This document shows positions 1 through 11,457 of a stretch of DNA of 64,000 bases, in pieces; the stretch's first letter is position 1; each line of letters starts with the position of its first letter. The position numbers and the translations under genes were made by a program. Source of the DNA: Podarcis muralis (taxonomy: Eukaryota); the NCBI RefSeq assembly GCF_964188315.1, contig NC_135668.1:17794001-17858000 (forward strand). Reading direction: 5' to 3'. Below the pieces are notes generated by a model that was not told the origin of the DNA, did no database searches, and saw only the letters and a program-made list of their open reading frames with translations.

Positions 1-114
1 GCTGCATTCTGAATCCTATTATTCTAGGACCAATCAGACTGCTGCATTTTGGATCCTATTCAACTCAGTACACAACACAGCGGTTGTCCAGGATTTCAGG
101 CAGGAGGCTCTGCC

Positions 115-290
115 AGGGCAAGGGCCATAGTTCAGTGGTGGAACAAGGGCTATGCCTTGAAAAGGTCCCAGCTTCAGTCACCAGCATCTTCAGATACCCC
201 TGTCTGAAATCCTGGAAAATTGCTGCCAGTCCGTGTAGACATTATTGAGCTAGATGGGCTTAACTCAGTACAAGGCAGCTTCCTATGTAC
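115..290 (+). mobile_element. Old tRNA(Ala-like)-head SINE with CR1/LF-SINE-like tail
   Basis: gggccatagttcagtggtgg...aaggtcccag...gagctagatgg...aaggcagcttcctatg. A degenerate relative lies at ~8880-9090. Confidence 0.6.
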
Positions 291-498
291 GTGGAGACAC
301 AGGGAGTTGAACCTGGACCTTCTTCAGGCAAAGCAGATGTTCCACCACTGAGCTATGACCCTTCCACATACATTGTAATTGGTCCAAACTGCCCCCTTGC
401 CTGGCCCTTTTGTAGGGGAGGAACTGTTGTGTTCTCTGTGTGATGCTGTGGTTAGAGTGTTGGGCTAGGACCTGGGAGACCTGGGTTCAAATCCCTTA

Positions 499-838
499 AA
501 GGTAAAGGGACCCCTGACCATTAGGTCCAGTCGTGGTCGACTCTGGGGTTGCGGCGCTCATCTCGCTTTATTGGCCGAGGGAGCTGGCATGCAGCTTCCG
601 GGTCATGTGGCCAGCATGACTAAGCCGCTTCTGGCGAACCAGAGCAGCGCACGGAAACACCGTTTACCTTCCAGCCTATTTATCTACTTGCACTTTGAGG
701 TGCTTTCGAACTGCTAGGTTGGCAGGAGCCGGGACTGAGCAACGGGAGCTCACCCCGTCGCGGGGATTCGAACCGCCGACCTTCTGATCGGCAAGTCCTA
801 GGCTCTGTAGTTTAACCCACAGCGCCACCTGCGTCACC
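499..838 (-). mobile_element. Sauria (Squam1-type) SINE inserted in an older tRNA-SINE
   Basis: Reverse complement of the Sauria SINE consensus, with (ACCTTT) tail and tRNA-like head. 12-bp TSD TCAAATCCCTTA at 487-498 and 841-852. Confidence 0.93.
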
Positions 839-3696
839 CGTCAAATCCCTTACAGAGCCACAAACCCAGTCAGTCTCTGCTTGCAGAACCTGACTTGATC
901 GTGCTCGTTAATCAGTAGCTGCAGAAAATAGATGCAAAAGATTTGCTTCCAATGCAAGCTTTCTTTAAAAAAAAACAAAACCAGGATTCTCACTGGAGGA
1001 ACACACTTTCAGGGCCCTATTATTTCCAGCGTATAAGCAGCCTTTTAACCCCCCCCCCCCCGCTTTGTACCTGCTCTGTTTTCAAAGGTTTGTGTGGGCT
1101 TCCCTCTTTTCCTATGCATTGTATTCTGTATCACCAGGACTTAATAATTAGCTGGTTCCCAAAAGGCCAGATTTACATGAGTGGGTGGATTCAATAGGAG
1201 CAATACAACCAGCCTCCCACAGAGAGATGGGAGGTATACAATACATACTTTAAGAGCTTAGTACATCCTTTCCCTAATATAAAGATAGCCGTAGCTTGTA
1301 CAACAATGTTTTGGGAGCCATTGGAACAATTCTAAGGTACATTAAAGGGTCTTTTGACTTACAAGTGTCCAAAATTTGGCTAGTAACATTTAAGTGATTT
1401 ATCAACTGGCTATAACTCTGCTTTTTTCTTTTTTTGCTCCCTTCAGAACTACTGTTTTGCTCCAATGTAAATTTATGTGGATTGAACTGTTTAATTCAAT
1501 TAGCTCAAAGACTGACAACGCAGCCAAGGGGACTTACTCCCAGATAAGTAACTCTACTTTCCTGGGAATAAGGCCGATTGAACTCAGTAGGTGTTACTTC
1601 TGAGGAGATGTGCAATAGATTGTGCGACAAGATTCTTTTTACCAGGTTGGTTCTCTCATTAACGTGCAACCGGGCAAAGGCAAGATTATAAGACAGTACA
1701 GCTGTCTTCTTGTTTAGTTTTGTACGAATAAGTGCTGTACGTATATCCTCCTCTGTATCTTCTACTAGATTTTCCACTAGAGGGCGCGCCGTTCCCAGCT
1801 ATAGAAGAAATCCAAGTTGATTTTCAACAGGTTGGAAACGGCGCAATCACATTTCAGCAAACCCTTTCACGAGGTTATGTTTAGTTCCTCGGTGCGTATT
1901 TTTAACTTCAGTGGCACGGATGGAATAGCAAGACATTTTGGCTTTCTGTTGATTCTGTGACCATTCCAGGCTTTCCTTTAGCCCACTATTGAGTTATCTG
2001 CCAGCAAAAAGGGGACACATTTCCCCGAGGAGGTGGGTTCACTGCATAAGGAAAGCGGCGAGGTTTGATAGATGTAACCGCACCTCGAAGGAGAGGAGGA
2101 CGCGTGGAGATCTATGGCTGCGCACGGGGTCTGCGTAAAGGCGCCGCTTGCCCTGCAAAGGAAGGCTAAGGTTTAAGCATCAGTTTGCAAGCCTGTATTT
2201 CTCGACGGGCGACGCCGACTCTTCTGTGCTGCCTTTGATGCAGTAGAGAGGAGGAAAGTTTGCTCCTCCCTCTCCTAAACGACTCGCATCCCTGGCGGCG
2301 GCAGGTAAGGAGTAGTTACCCTTAATAAGTTTTCTTCGTGATAAGATGATCCTTTCGAATGCTAAACAGTTATGAGAATCCCGGTCAACCTACTTGCATT
2401 CACACGTGACAGTTTTATACTAGCTTCCTTAAGGCGATGCTTTAACGCAAACGTAAACCTTTCATCGGCCAGAATGTGCCTTCGGTTTCTCGGTCGAGTT
2501 CCTTCGCGCATTCTCATGTGCTATATGGGAGGCTGCACGTAATCCACGTGGCGCGCAAGCATCCTCAAGCCCGGGTCGTAAAATTAGCCATTTGGAAAAA
2601 GAGTAGCTGGCCCCCAGTTAATTATACGTTTGACATAATACCAGCCCGGGAAGGTATACAATTCCGCTTCCGCAATGCTTCCCTGTTTTTGAGGTGGAAA
2701 TGATAGAATGCAAGTACATCGAATTTGATTTCTCTCTGTTTGATTACGGTATATTTGAGAGGGGGCAGCTGAACGTGTGAACTGACTGCGGCAAGCACTG
2801 GGTGTATGGTAAACGGAACCAGAGCTCCGTTTTCGATGTAAGAGGTGAGACAGTTTATTTACACATGCAAATAGTGATTTGATATTGCACCCATCCGGTT
2901 GACGTCTATATAGTAACGAATCAGCCTCAGAAATTGGATATATATCCAATTGATATATATATATATTGATAGAACACGTGGGGGGCATTTATAAGGGCTG
3001 CAATCCTGAGCACTTTAATCCGGAGTAGGTACCATTGTGTTCACTGGGTTTCAAGTATCCGTATGGAGAGGCCAGAAACGTGCAAAGCAGAATTTCACAG
3101 CCTCAGCCCGAAGTATGTTTACTCGGAAGCAAGTCCTACTGCGTTCACTGGGGCCTACGCCCAGGTAAATGTAGCGAGGGCGAGGCTGCAATCCTAGACA
3201 CGTTTATTAGGAGCTAAGCTTCGTTGAACACAGTGGGACTTCATTTCCGAGCAAAAGGCGTGCGTCGGATTGAGCTGCTTGGCTTCACTTGTGCGCAGGC
3301 ATTTCAAAGGGCTACATTGCGGCCGCCTGATTTGAATAACTATTGCTGCCTCTCACTCAGTGATGTTGCTCTTATTACATTTACGCTGCACACCGCCCAT
3401 CGAAGGGCGATTTTGGGAATGCTTCGCCGTGGCTGCAGTTTTAGGCATGCTTCCATGAAAAAGTGCTAACTAGGGAGAGTGCTAAGGGGCGGCATGTAAG
3501 GAACTGTCAAGGCTGCATTTGTAATGGTGCAGTTGGCTTTTGCCTGCAACGGGTCCTCCTCCTGCTCGCTGTCTGCAGCCTCGCCTTTCCAGCCACCTAA
3601 GTTGTAGAAGACCTTATGGGCTTAAAACTGCAAGTCCGTAAGGTTTTGTATAAAAAAAGAAGTTCATGCCTTTTTGGAGAACGCCGAGCATCGCCC

Positions 3697-3726
3697 CAAA
3701 CCCTCTCAATAGGATTAGGTTGATTG

Positions 3727-3761
<35 letters not shown>

Positions 3762-4239
3762 CCAGGCTATCTGGGTGGTTTTGCCAAGTGGTGTGCGTGA
3801 ATGAAAGAAAGGCACTCTGTACGCGCGCAGAGGCACTCTCCCCCCGCTCCTTGCATCCCATTGGCCTGCAAACCCTCTCAACAACCTGGGCTTGGAAATA
3901 GGATTAGGCTGATTAATAATAATAATAGTAATAATAACCAGGCTATCTGGGTGGTTTTGCCAAGTGGTGTGCGTGAATGAAAGAAAGGCACTCTGTACGC
4001 GCGCAGAGGCACTCTCCCCCCGCTCCTTGCATCCCATTGCCCTGCAAACCCTCTCAACAACCTGGGCTTGGAAATAGGATTAGGCTGATTAATAATAATA
4101 ATAATAATAATAATAGTAATAATAATAATAACCAGGCTATCTGGGTGGTTTTTCCAAGTGGTGTGTGTGAATGAAAGAAAGAAAGGCACTCTGTACGAGC
4201 TCAGAGGCACTCTCCCCCCGCTCCTTGCATCCCATTGGC
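3697..4239. repeat. Three-copy tandem repeat (~172/176/195 bp), each unit with an (AAT)n tract
   Basis: Units start CAAACCCTCTCAA at 3697, 3869 and 4045 and share ccaggctatctgggtggttt...gaggcactctccccccgctccttgcatcccattg. Confidence 0.97.
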
Positions 4240-4905
4240 TCTCCCCTTCCCGCGTCGAGGCGCCTTTTGCCTGCAGGGCGCGCGCGGCGGAGCAGGTGGC
4301 GGCGCGGGAGCTCCCAGAGACGCGCGCCGTCGCCTGGCCTTGCGCGCTGCTTGGGCTGCCCTGCGGGAGGAGGCGGCGGCGGTGGCGGCGGCGCCGGCGC
4401 CCTCGCTCTCTCCGCCACTTCCTCCGAGGCCCTCGGCTAAGTCGGTCTGGCGGGGCTTGTGGGCTGGAGGAGCCTGGAGGGAGAGAGCCAGCCAAGCTCG
4501 AAGGGCGGGCGCTTGTTCGCCTGCCAGCTCCGCTTTGCAAGCATGCGGCGTCGGCGTCCCTGGTGCTTTGACAGGAGGAGAGGCTTCGCCTTGCTGCCTC
4601 CGCCGCCGCCGAGTCCACGCCTGCTCCCTTCCCCCTGAGGAGGAGAGGGAGAGGGAAAACGCCGTCGCGCGAGGTGGTGGCCACGCCGCAGGGATTCGCG
4701 CCCCGAAGTTGAAAAAGGTATCCCCAAAGCGCGCGCGGAGTTTGGCGCCCGCGCGCGCTGCGCCGAAGTTGCACCCAGGACAGGCGCGCGCGGGGTGCCG
4801 GTGAGAGGGCGCTCTCGCGAAAAGAGGGGCGCGCGCGGGGCTCCACTTGTACCCAGAGAGGGTATTTTGCGCGAGGCTCAGAGTGGGACCCTGGATGGGC
4901 ACTTG
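4240..4905 (+). promoter_or_regulatory. ADAMTSL3: CpG island / core promoter and probable non-coding exon 1 of ADAMTSL3
   Basis: Very GC- and CpG-rich, with a GGC-rich tract at ~4365-4400 and ATTGG (reverse CCAAT) at 4234-4238. Candidate donors are AAG|GTATCC 4717, CCG|GTGAGA 4800 and TTG|GTAAGC 4905. Exact exon limits cannot be determined from sequence. Confidence 0.7.
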
Positions 4906-4996
4906 GTAAGCAAGGTGTCTCTGAGCATGCACAGAGACCCCTCCATCAACCCTGGGCAGCTTCAGCTAGTTTCCCCATTAATTTAAGAACTTAAGG

Positions 4997-5087
4997 CATA
5001 GCTGTTATCTTTTCCCTTTTCTTGTGAGGAATCCTATTCGGAATAAGGGAATGTCCCTTAAAAAAGGGGAAACGTTGACAGCTATGA
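4997..5087. mobile_element. 91-bp hAT MITE
   Basis: TIR CATAGCTG/CAGCTATG with exact 8-bp TSD ACTTAAGG. Same TIR as the 33189-33353 element. Confidence 0.9.
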
Positions 5088-5168
5088 CTTAAGGAGAGCA
5101 AGTTTCTGGAAAGGTGTGTGTGTGTGTGTGTTTGTTTGTTCATTTGTGGTCTGACCTATGGGATGAGG

Positions 5169-5328
5169 CAGGGGTGCCCAAACATTTTTCAAAGAGGGTC
5201 AGATTTGATGAAGTGAACATGTGTGAGGGCCGGCCAAAGTTGATGAGCTTTTTAAAGGATTTTACCCCAGAAGATAGACTGCTACAGGGGCTGGATTAGG
5301 CCCCCGAATCAGACTTTGGACATTCCTG
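5169..5328. mobile_element. hAT-Charlie-like MITE
   Basis: CAGGGGTGCCCAAAC...TTTGGACATTCCTG, with TSD GGATGAGG/GGATGAAG (7/8). Confidence 0.8.
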
Positions 5329-6499
5329 GGATGAAGGAAAGGGTGGTGTTCCCTCTTGGCCAGCTTGCTCAGTGGTGCCGACAAGGGACTTGGCAGCTTT
5401 TTGAGAGGCGCACTCTCAGCCTCGCTCGCCACTCCAGGGCAAATGTCTGCTTTGCCCCCAGGTTTCATTCTGGGATTTGGACAGCCAACCTTTTCACATG
5501 GGCTGAAACAGGTGGTGGGATGTTTTCGGAAGGGAGTGCAGAGGATGGGCTCCAGAGCTCTGCTCTTCGGCCGATGGGTTGCGGCCTGATCCGAGATGGG
5601 TTGCTGCAAGAGCGCTACCACCCCGCAAATATAGGGTAAAAGATTAAGGAAAAAGGGTCCCCAAATGCATGTTTGGGTTAAAAGTGGGTCCTGGGTTTGA
5701 AAATACACTTTCTCTGGAGGAACAAAAAATTGAAATCTCTACACAGTGTTTGTTGAGTGCAGGCAGGCTGTACAGACACAGTGCCTGAGAGCATGGCAGG
5801 GAGGGCCGTGTATAACCGCCCTGCAGATCTAAACACTATTCCGGCATCGTTTTAGAAACCCTTATTTGGAAATAGGCTATAGCACTATCAATATGCTCGG
5901 CAGGAAAGATCTGTTCCTGTGCTGAGATATCTTTGAGACTGGCATGTGTGTGTGCATGTGGGAGGGGCAGCTATTGGAGGAACAGGTGTTGCTTTAACTG
6001 GGTGGCGAAGAGAGAGCCTTGGAGAGATGGATCTGGCAGCCTCTTTAATGTAGTCACATTTATTGTATTTTATTTTCAAAAATAATTCCTTCTCACGTGA
6101 CCTTGGGGTGGGTTGCAATATTAAAGCATCAATCACAAGCCAATAAAACAGCAGCAAATCACTAAATTCCAACCACCTGTTAACATATTATATAACACCG
6201 GCCGGTTATGCAGATCAGTCAAAATGTTTGACACAAAAGGCTTGTATCCAACTGAGTTTTGCTCAGAGTAGATCCATTAAAATTGACAATCCTAAATCAG
6301 GTCCATTAATGTCAGCAAGTTTACTCTTTGAGTATTGATGATGGATACAAACTGAAAGTGTTCAGCTGGTGTCAAAAAAGGAACAACATTGATGCCAGCT
6401 GGATCTTTAGGAGATGCTTGTTCCATAACTTTGGTGCTGTTACAGAGGAAGTCCTCTTGCAGGTCACAGACCCCTGAATTTTGCTGAATGATGGAACTA

Positions 6500-6830
6500 C
6501 TAAAAGGACCCCTGAGTGGATCTCAGACTACGTGCAGGACAGTAGTCGGAGAGAAATGCGTCCTTCATGTAGCCAAATGCCAGGCTTTTCAGGGCTTTGC
6601 ATAACAGAACCAAACCTTGAATTGGACTTGGTGACAAATTGGCAGTAAGTACAGGTCTTTTAGGACTGTTGTATGATTTTGAGCCATTGGATCCACCCAA
6701 ACAGTCTTCAAGAGCAGCCCCAAGTAGAGCACATTGCAGTAGTCTAAGCAAGAGTTTACTAGAGCACAAATGACTATAGCCTTGCTTCCCTTGACCTGTT
6801 TAGGATAATTTGATCTTGTTGCGTCCATTA
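6500..6830 (-). mobile_element. L2 LINE relic
   Basis: Minus-strand translation contains ALVNSCLDYCNVLYLGLLLKTV. Confidence 0.7.
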
Positions 6831-7730
6831 TTTATTGCATTTATATCCTCCCCCCCCCCTCACAAGGAGCTCAGAGTGACATACTCAGGAGCTGAGTTTT
6901 ATCTTCAAAACAACCCTGTGAAGTAGGTTGGGCTGAGAGTCCTCAACTCAGTAAAGTTTAATGGCTGAATGGTGATTTGTACCTGGCTCTCGCTGGTCCA
7001 AGTCTGGGGGGGTGGGGGACATTTTTCAGCCCGAGGGCCCCATTCTGGCTGAAGGTGAGAGGAAGGATGAGATTTTTCTTGGGAGGAGTGATTTGTCCCC
7101 AGTGAAGGCTGACAGAATTAGGTGCCCAAGATTTCCCATGGAGATGGTGTTTCTTCTTCTCAGGGATATTGCAAACCCTGTGGTCTTGAGAACATGGGTG
7201 GTTGCCAGATAAGTTGGCCAACTTTTATCATATTGCAGTAATAGCCTGGATGATAGAAAGCGACAGTAAAAACCAGTAGCCCCTGTGTGCGGTTTCAAAT
7301 CTGCGGAGATTTTACACACAAAGAGCTTTTCCGTGCCGCAGGGACGGCGGTTCAACGTTGTCCTTTACATGGAAACAGTTAACAGTCCTCGTATTCTAAT
7401 CCACGAATCGGCAGGGCCCCTCCCCAAAGCGAGTGAGGATTGTCGCTTTTCTGCCACGGGGCTGAGTAGCCAACACGGCTGGAAGCGTTACGGATCCCAA
7501 AGTCCCAGAGTTGGGTTCCTTGGCTTGGGAAGCAGGGCAGGGGAAAAAAAGGAAGAGTGTTGAAATAGCTTTGCAAGGTTCAATTTCTTCTTGGCTCCTG
7601 TGTGCGTATATGGTAATGGAGGGGGGGGGGGATAACGGGGAAGGAGGTTGCAGGCTTGATAAACTGACTCGTGAGCGAGAGAAAAACCTAGCTCGCTTTT
7701 GCTCCTCTGGCCAGCTCCCCCACCCTCCTA

Positions 7731-7816
7731 TTGGAGTACCTCAGCCTCCACGCTGCGATCATGCTGTTCTCTGTTGGAGTACCTCAGCCTCCACGCTGCG
7801 ATCATGCTGTTCTCTG
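7731..7816. repeat. Perfect 43-bp tandem duplication
   Basis: ttggagtacctcagcctccacgctgcgatcatgctgttctctg occurs at 7731-7773 and 7774-7816. Confidence 0.97.
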
Positions 7817-7997
7817 TGAGTCTGCTTTCCTGGCCAGCACAAACCTCGGCTGTTATGGTTGCACCGTTTCCAAAGTCCGGGTTGTATTCACTGCCCAGTT
7901 TGCTTTAGTCATTCAGATTCTGGCGGGGTGCATTGACTTTTTCCCTTCTTCTTTTGCTTACAGCCTCTCTCCCCCCCCTTAAAGGTGCAAGAGGAAA

Positions 7998-8075
7998 ATG
8001 GCTTATGCCAAGTCCACAGGACTCTCGTGGGAGATCACCTGGTTCACAGTGACCGCCATCTGTGCCCATCTACAG
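7998..8075 (+). CDS. ADAMTSL3: ADAMTSL3 first coding exon (signal peptide MAYAKSTGLSWEITWFTVTAICAHLQ)
   Basis: ATG at 7998 in context gaaaATGG, 26 codons, then a phase-0 donor CAG|GTAGGC at 8075/8076. Candidate acceptors are ttttgcttacag| (exon from 7964) and cccttaaag| (from 7985). The phase joins the 55962 exon, and the exon matches the recalled human signal-peptide exon ending in Q. The sequence itself is divergent, so the assignment rests partly on position and phase. Confidence 0.8.
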
Positions 8076-8414
8076 GTAGGCGAGGCTGTTGCAGTCTCAG
8101 CAGCTGCTTGTCAATAGGATGATGGATTAATCCTACGGACGAAAGGGGGAAATCCCAGCAAGTCGCTGAGAGGGGCTGTGCGCTCTAGCGTGTTGCTGGT
8201 GTTCGAATCAAAGGCAGCTGTAATAGGAAAGGCAATTTTTGTTGTTGCTGTTCCCATCCTTCCTTTAGACGACTTACATTCCGCCTTTTTTTTTTACAAG
8301 CCACAAGGCAGTTTACAGCAAAACCGTATTAGATAAAAAGAATGCATAAAAATAACACAGTCCTTAAAATAACTAATAACAAATCGCTGAGTAGCAATTG
8401 CGAATAGCAGCATC

Positions 8415-8793
8415 TAGGGGTGAAGGAGGAGAAATCTGATTTAAATCACGCCTAAAGGCGAACTTGCCCGCTTAGTGCTTTCTGAAACACACCAGCCACC
8501 CTTGGAAATTCTCACTTTTTTTAGATTTTGCAGAGCAGTTCTCCAGCCTAAGTAATGTGCACAGAAACGCATAAACTAGGGCAAAGTGTGCATTTGAGTG
8601 CATATATTAGGGGAAATGGTATACAAAAAGGCATTGTATTAGTAAATTGTGTTTGAAAAAATACAGAATGCATACCAAAAAAGCTGGTGAATTTTCATGT
8701 GTGTGTTTTAAAATTGCGATGTGGAAAACTGGATTTATGATGGGAAAGATAAGAAACCGAGAAAACCAAAATCGACAGATTCATCTACACCTA
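8415..8793. mobile_element. Old hAT (Ac-like TAGGG TIR) non-autonomous element
   Basis: TAGGGGTG...TACACCTA, with TSD GCAGCATC/GCAGCAGC (7/8). Decayed relatives lie near 11085-11340, 19980-20664, 28040-28270 and 44225-44610. Confidence 0.7.
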
Positions 8794-9196
8794 GCAGCAG
8801 CTATTCCCCAGCTTTTACGTGAGTAGGAACAAGAGGCAGGCCGAGGAAAGCTGCCCAATGTGGGATATCTTTAGGGGCCTGAGTGGCAGACATTTAAATG
8901 CTATGGAGATTAGATTTCTGAAGTTGGCCATAACTTAGAAGGTCCCACGTTCAATCCTTGGTGCCTCTAGTCAAAAGGACCTGGGAGCAAGCAAAGACCT
9001 TTCGCCTGAGACCCTGGAGAGACCCCAGTCAGAGCAGACAGTGTTGTGCTAGGCGGACAAATAGCCTGACGTGGCAGAAGTCAGCTCGCTGTGTTGGATA
9101 AAACTCTGTCTAGAGTCCAGACGTGTACAATAGGCTTGCAAGGAGCTGTGCTTGCTTCCTCCCACTCAGCCACCCTACAGCTGGGGGGAGAGGTGC

Positions 9197-9444
9197 TGTT
9201 ATGCACTGAAGTTCTCACCCTGGGCCAGCAGGGGGATATTGTAGATAGTTTAGGTCCACATATGCAAATAAGGGATCGAAAGTGATTGGATAGTTACAGA
9301 AAATGGTTACTGTTGCGTTCTAGTGGAGCTCTATATAAGCAGGCTGGCTGAACCCTTCAGTTCAGTTCTGTTCTGGCCTGTGAATAAACAAGAGCTGTGT
9401 GAAGAATCGCTGTGTCGTCTGATATGTTCACCCACAACTTAATA
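9197..9444 (+). mobile_element. Probable solo LTR
   Basis: Starts TGTTATGCACTGA, contains TATATAA and AATAAA, and ends acaacttaata (decayed CA). No exact TSD. Confidence 0.6.
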
Positions 9445-10153
9445 GGCAGCAAGTGGACCGTTTGGGCAGCGTGGAGCCTGCGCACGCCCAAGCCATCGCG
9501 TCTTTCCCAGGCCCCGCAGTGAGTGCTGCCCAGCAATTTGTCGCCCCCCTCAGTGGTGACACCTGGGGCGGTTCACACCCACTGCACCCCCCCCTTTGTC
9601 CGCCCCTGCCCACTAGTCCCATATAGCAGGGCTGGGGTCAGCACCTGGCACCCTTACGCAGCTGACAGGACCCACCCCTGGTGCCCACTTCCATTATTTT
9701 TTTTTGCTAGCCCAGCGCTGTGAACAAGCACTGGGCGGCTAAGCCAGGCGGCCATTTTTAATGTCACACAATTTCACTTCCCTTGGCATTCTGTTGTTCT
9801 GAGGCATTGTGGGAAATTAAAATGGCGACTAGGCTCAGACTCCCAACACAGTGCTTCTGGTGCTACCAACAGGTAAACCCTCCAGAGCCACTGAAGAATG
9901 AGGGAATACTTTGCCCACAGCCCCTTCAAAGCAGAAGTTAGCCTTGCCGCACGTATCTGTGGAAGGCCACAGACAGCTAAATCCAAGGTCAGATTAAGAC
10001 TTTTCTGTTGCCTGTGGTGGCAGATCCAAATGTCACAGCACTCCCCCTGCCCTGGTTAAATATATCGTGGGTTGGACAGAAGGAACAGTGAGTTGAAGGA
10101 AAGCAGTTGCTAATTCTCTCCTGCAAACCCAGGTTTAACAAATGCTTCCCCAC

Positions 10154-10466
10154 TGTTATGTACTGAGTTGAATAGGATCCAAAATGCAGCAGTCTGATTG
10201 GTCCTAGAACAATGCAGCAGTATGATTGGTCTGCAGGAGCCACCCAATCCGGCTCAGATGGAAGTGAATCCACAACCTGATTGGCCTACAGGAGAATTCT
10301 GGAATTAACCAATCATGTGCAGCCCATTGTGTAAATAATGTATATAAAGCAGATACTTTGAGGGGACATTCATTCCTCCTCACCACTATGAGCTGAATAA
10401 AGAGCATGAAATCCACTCTCGACTCTGAGTATATTTCACTGGCCTCAGAGTTGAGAGTGGATTTCA
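10154..10466 (+). mobile_element. Probable solo LTR with terminal fold-back
   Basis: Starts TGTTATGTACTGAG, contains several CCAAT/ATTGG, TATATAAA and AATAAA. A reverse partial copy of its 5' end is at 1-77. Confidence 0.65.
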
Positions 10467-10798
10467 CCCAGCAATATCATAGACGATAATTCCCATCATC
10501 ACCTGCCAGCATAGCAAATAATGGGAGTTGCAGTCCAGAACATGAGGAGGGCACAACGTTTGCTACCCCTGTTCAAGTGCTAGCAATTTGAATATCAGGT
10601 TCTGTAGCCGGTTTCACATCTCATAAAGCAGAGCAACTTTCTCATGCAATTCTCTGGTATTAGGCCTAAAGCAGCTGTTGGGTGAGCGTAAGACACCTTC
10701 CACATGCAAGAAGGCTTTCCATCCTCTGGATTCAACCCAATGTTATAAGATAAATATTTGGCCATTTCCAGATCTCGTCTGGTTATTATAAGAACCTT

Positions 10799-10889
10799 GG
10801 CTGCAATCCTAACCCTTCTCACCTGGGAGTAAGCCCCATCGGATGCAAGGGGATTCCTTCTGTGAGTAGACATGGTTAGGATTGCAATG
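10799..10889. mobile_element. Ancient palindromic MITE (possibly PIF/Harbinger)
   Basis: Perfect 13-bp inverted ends TGCAATCCTAACC/GGTTAGGATTGCA. Related GGCTGCAATCCT starts occur near 2998 and 3184. Confidence 0.5.
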
Positions 10890-11457
10890 CATTTTAATAT
10901 GGAGAATTTGGGTGCCTGAGTTTTCTTGTTTTCTCTCCCCATCTCCTTTTTATATTCAGGTTGTGAGCCTGAGGGGTAGGTAGGGACTGTGCTGATTTGT
11001 AAGCGATTCTGGGAACCTTCTCGGACAAGGAGCAGGGTGGAAATGGTTTGAACAAATTTCTGCCTTTAAATGGTACGTCGGACTGGGAATGGGAGAATCT
11101 GTCAATATAGGTTTCTCATTTTTCTAGATCTAAAATTCAGTTCTGTACGTTTCTTCATCAGTTTGTGACACCACCACCCTGAGCCGTAATGAAAGTTTAT
11201 CAGCTTTTTAATGTGAATTTCTTCTAATAAACACACATTTGGATGTTGTTTTCCTCACAGACACACTTTTCTAAAGCACTTGTTTATTTAATGAATTTGC
11301 ATGCACACCTTCCCCGAGTGTATGGATTTTTAAAAAACACATTACTTGGCAGGGCTGCCTTAATCTACTTCAGGATACAGCTGGCCCTAGTCATCTTTCT
11401 TATGGTTTATAGCTAAACAATAAAATTATTACGATTAGTACTTCTCATCTCCCTGTA

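Noticed and set aside
1-3600. 3' exons of the expected upstream neighbour gene (SH3GL3 by recalled synteny)
   Set aside because: No SH3-domain or other coding match was seen in any frame.
3597-4932. Long ORFs (322, 243, 189 and 146 aa) over the promoter
   Set aside because: These are low-complexity products of GC-rich island DNA and the (AAT)n tandem repeat, with no recognisable protein.
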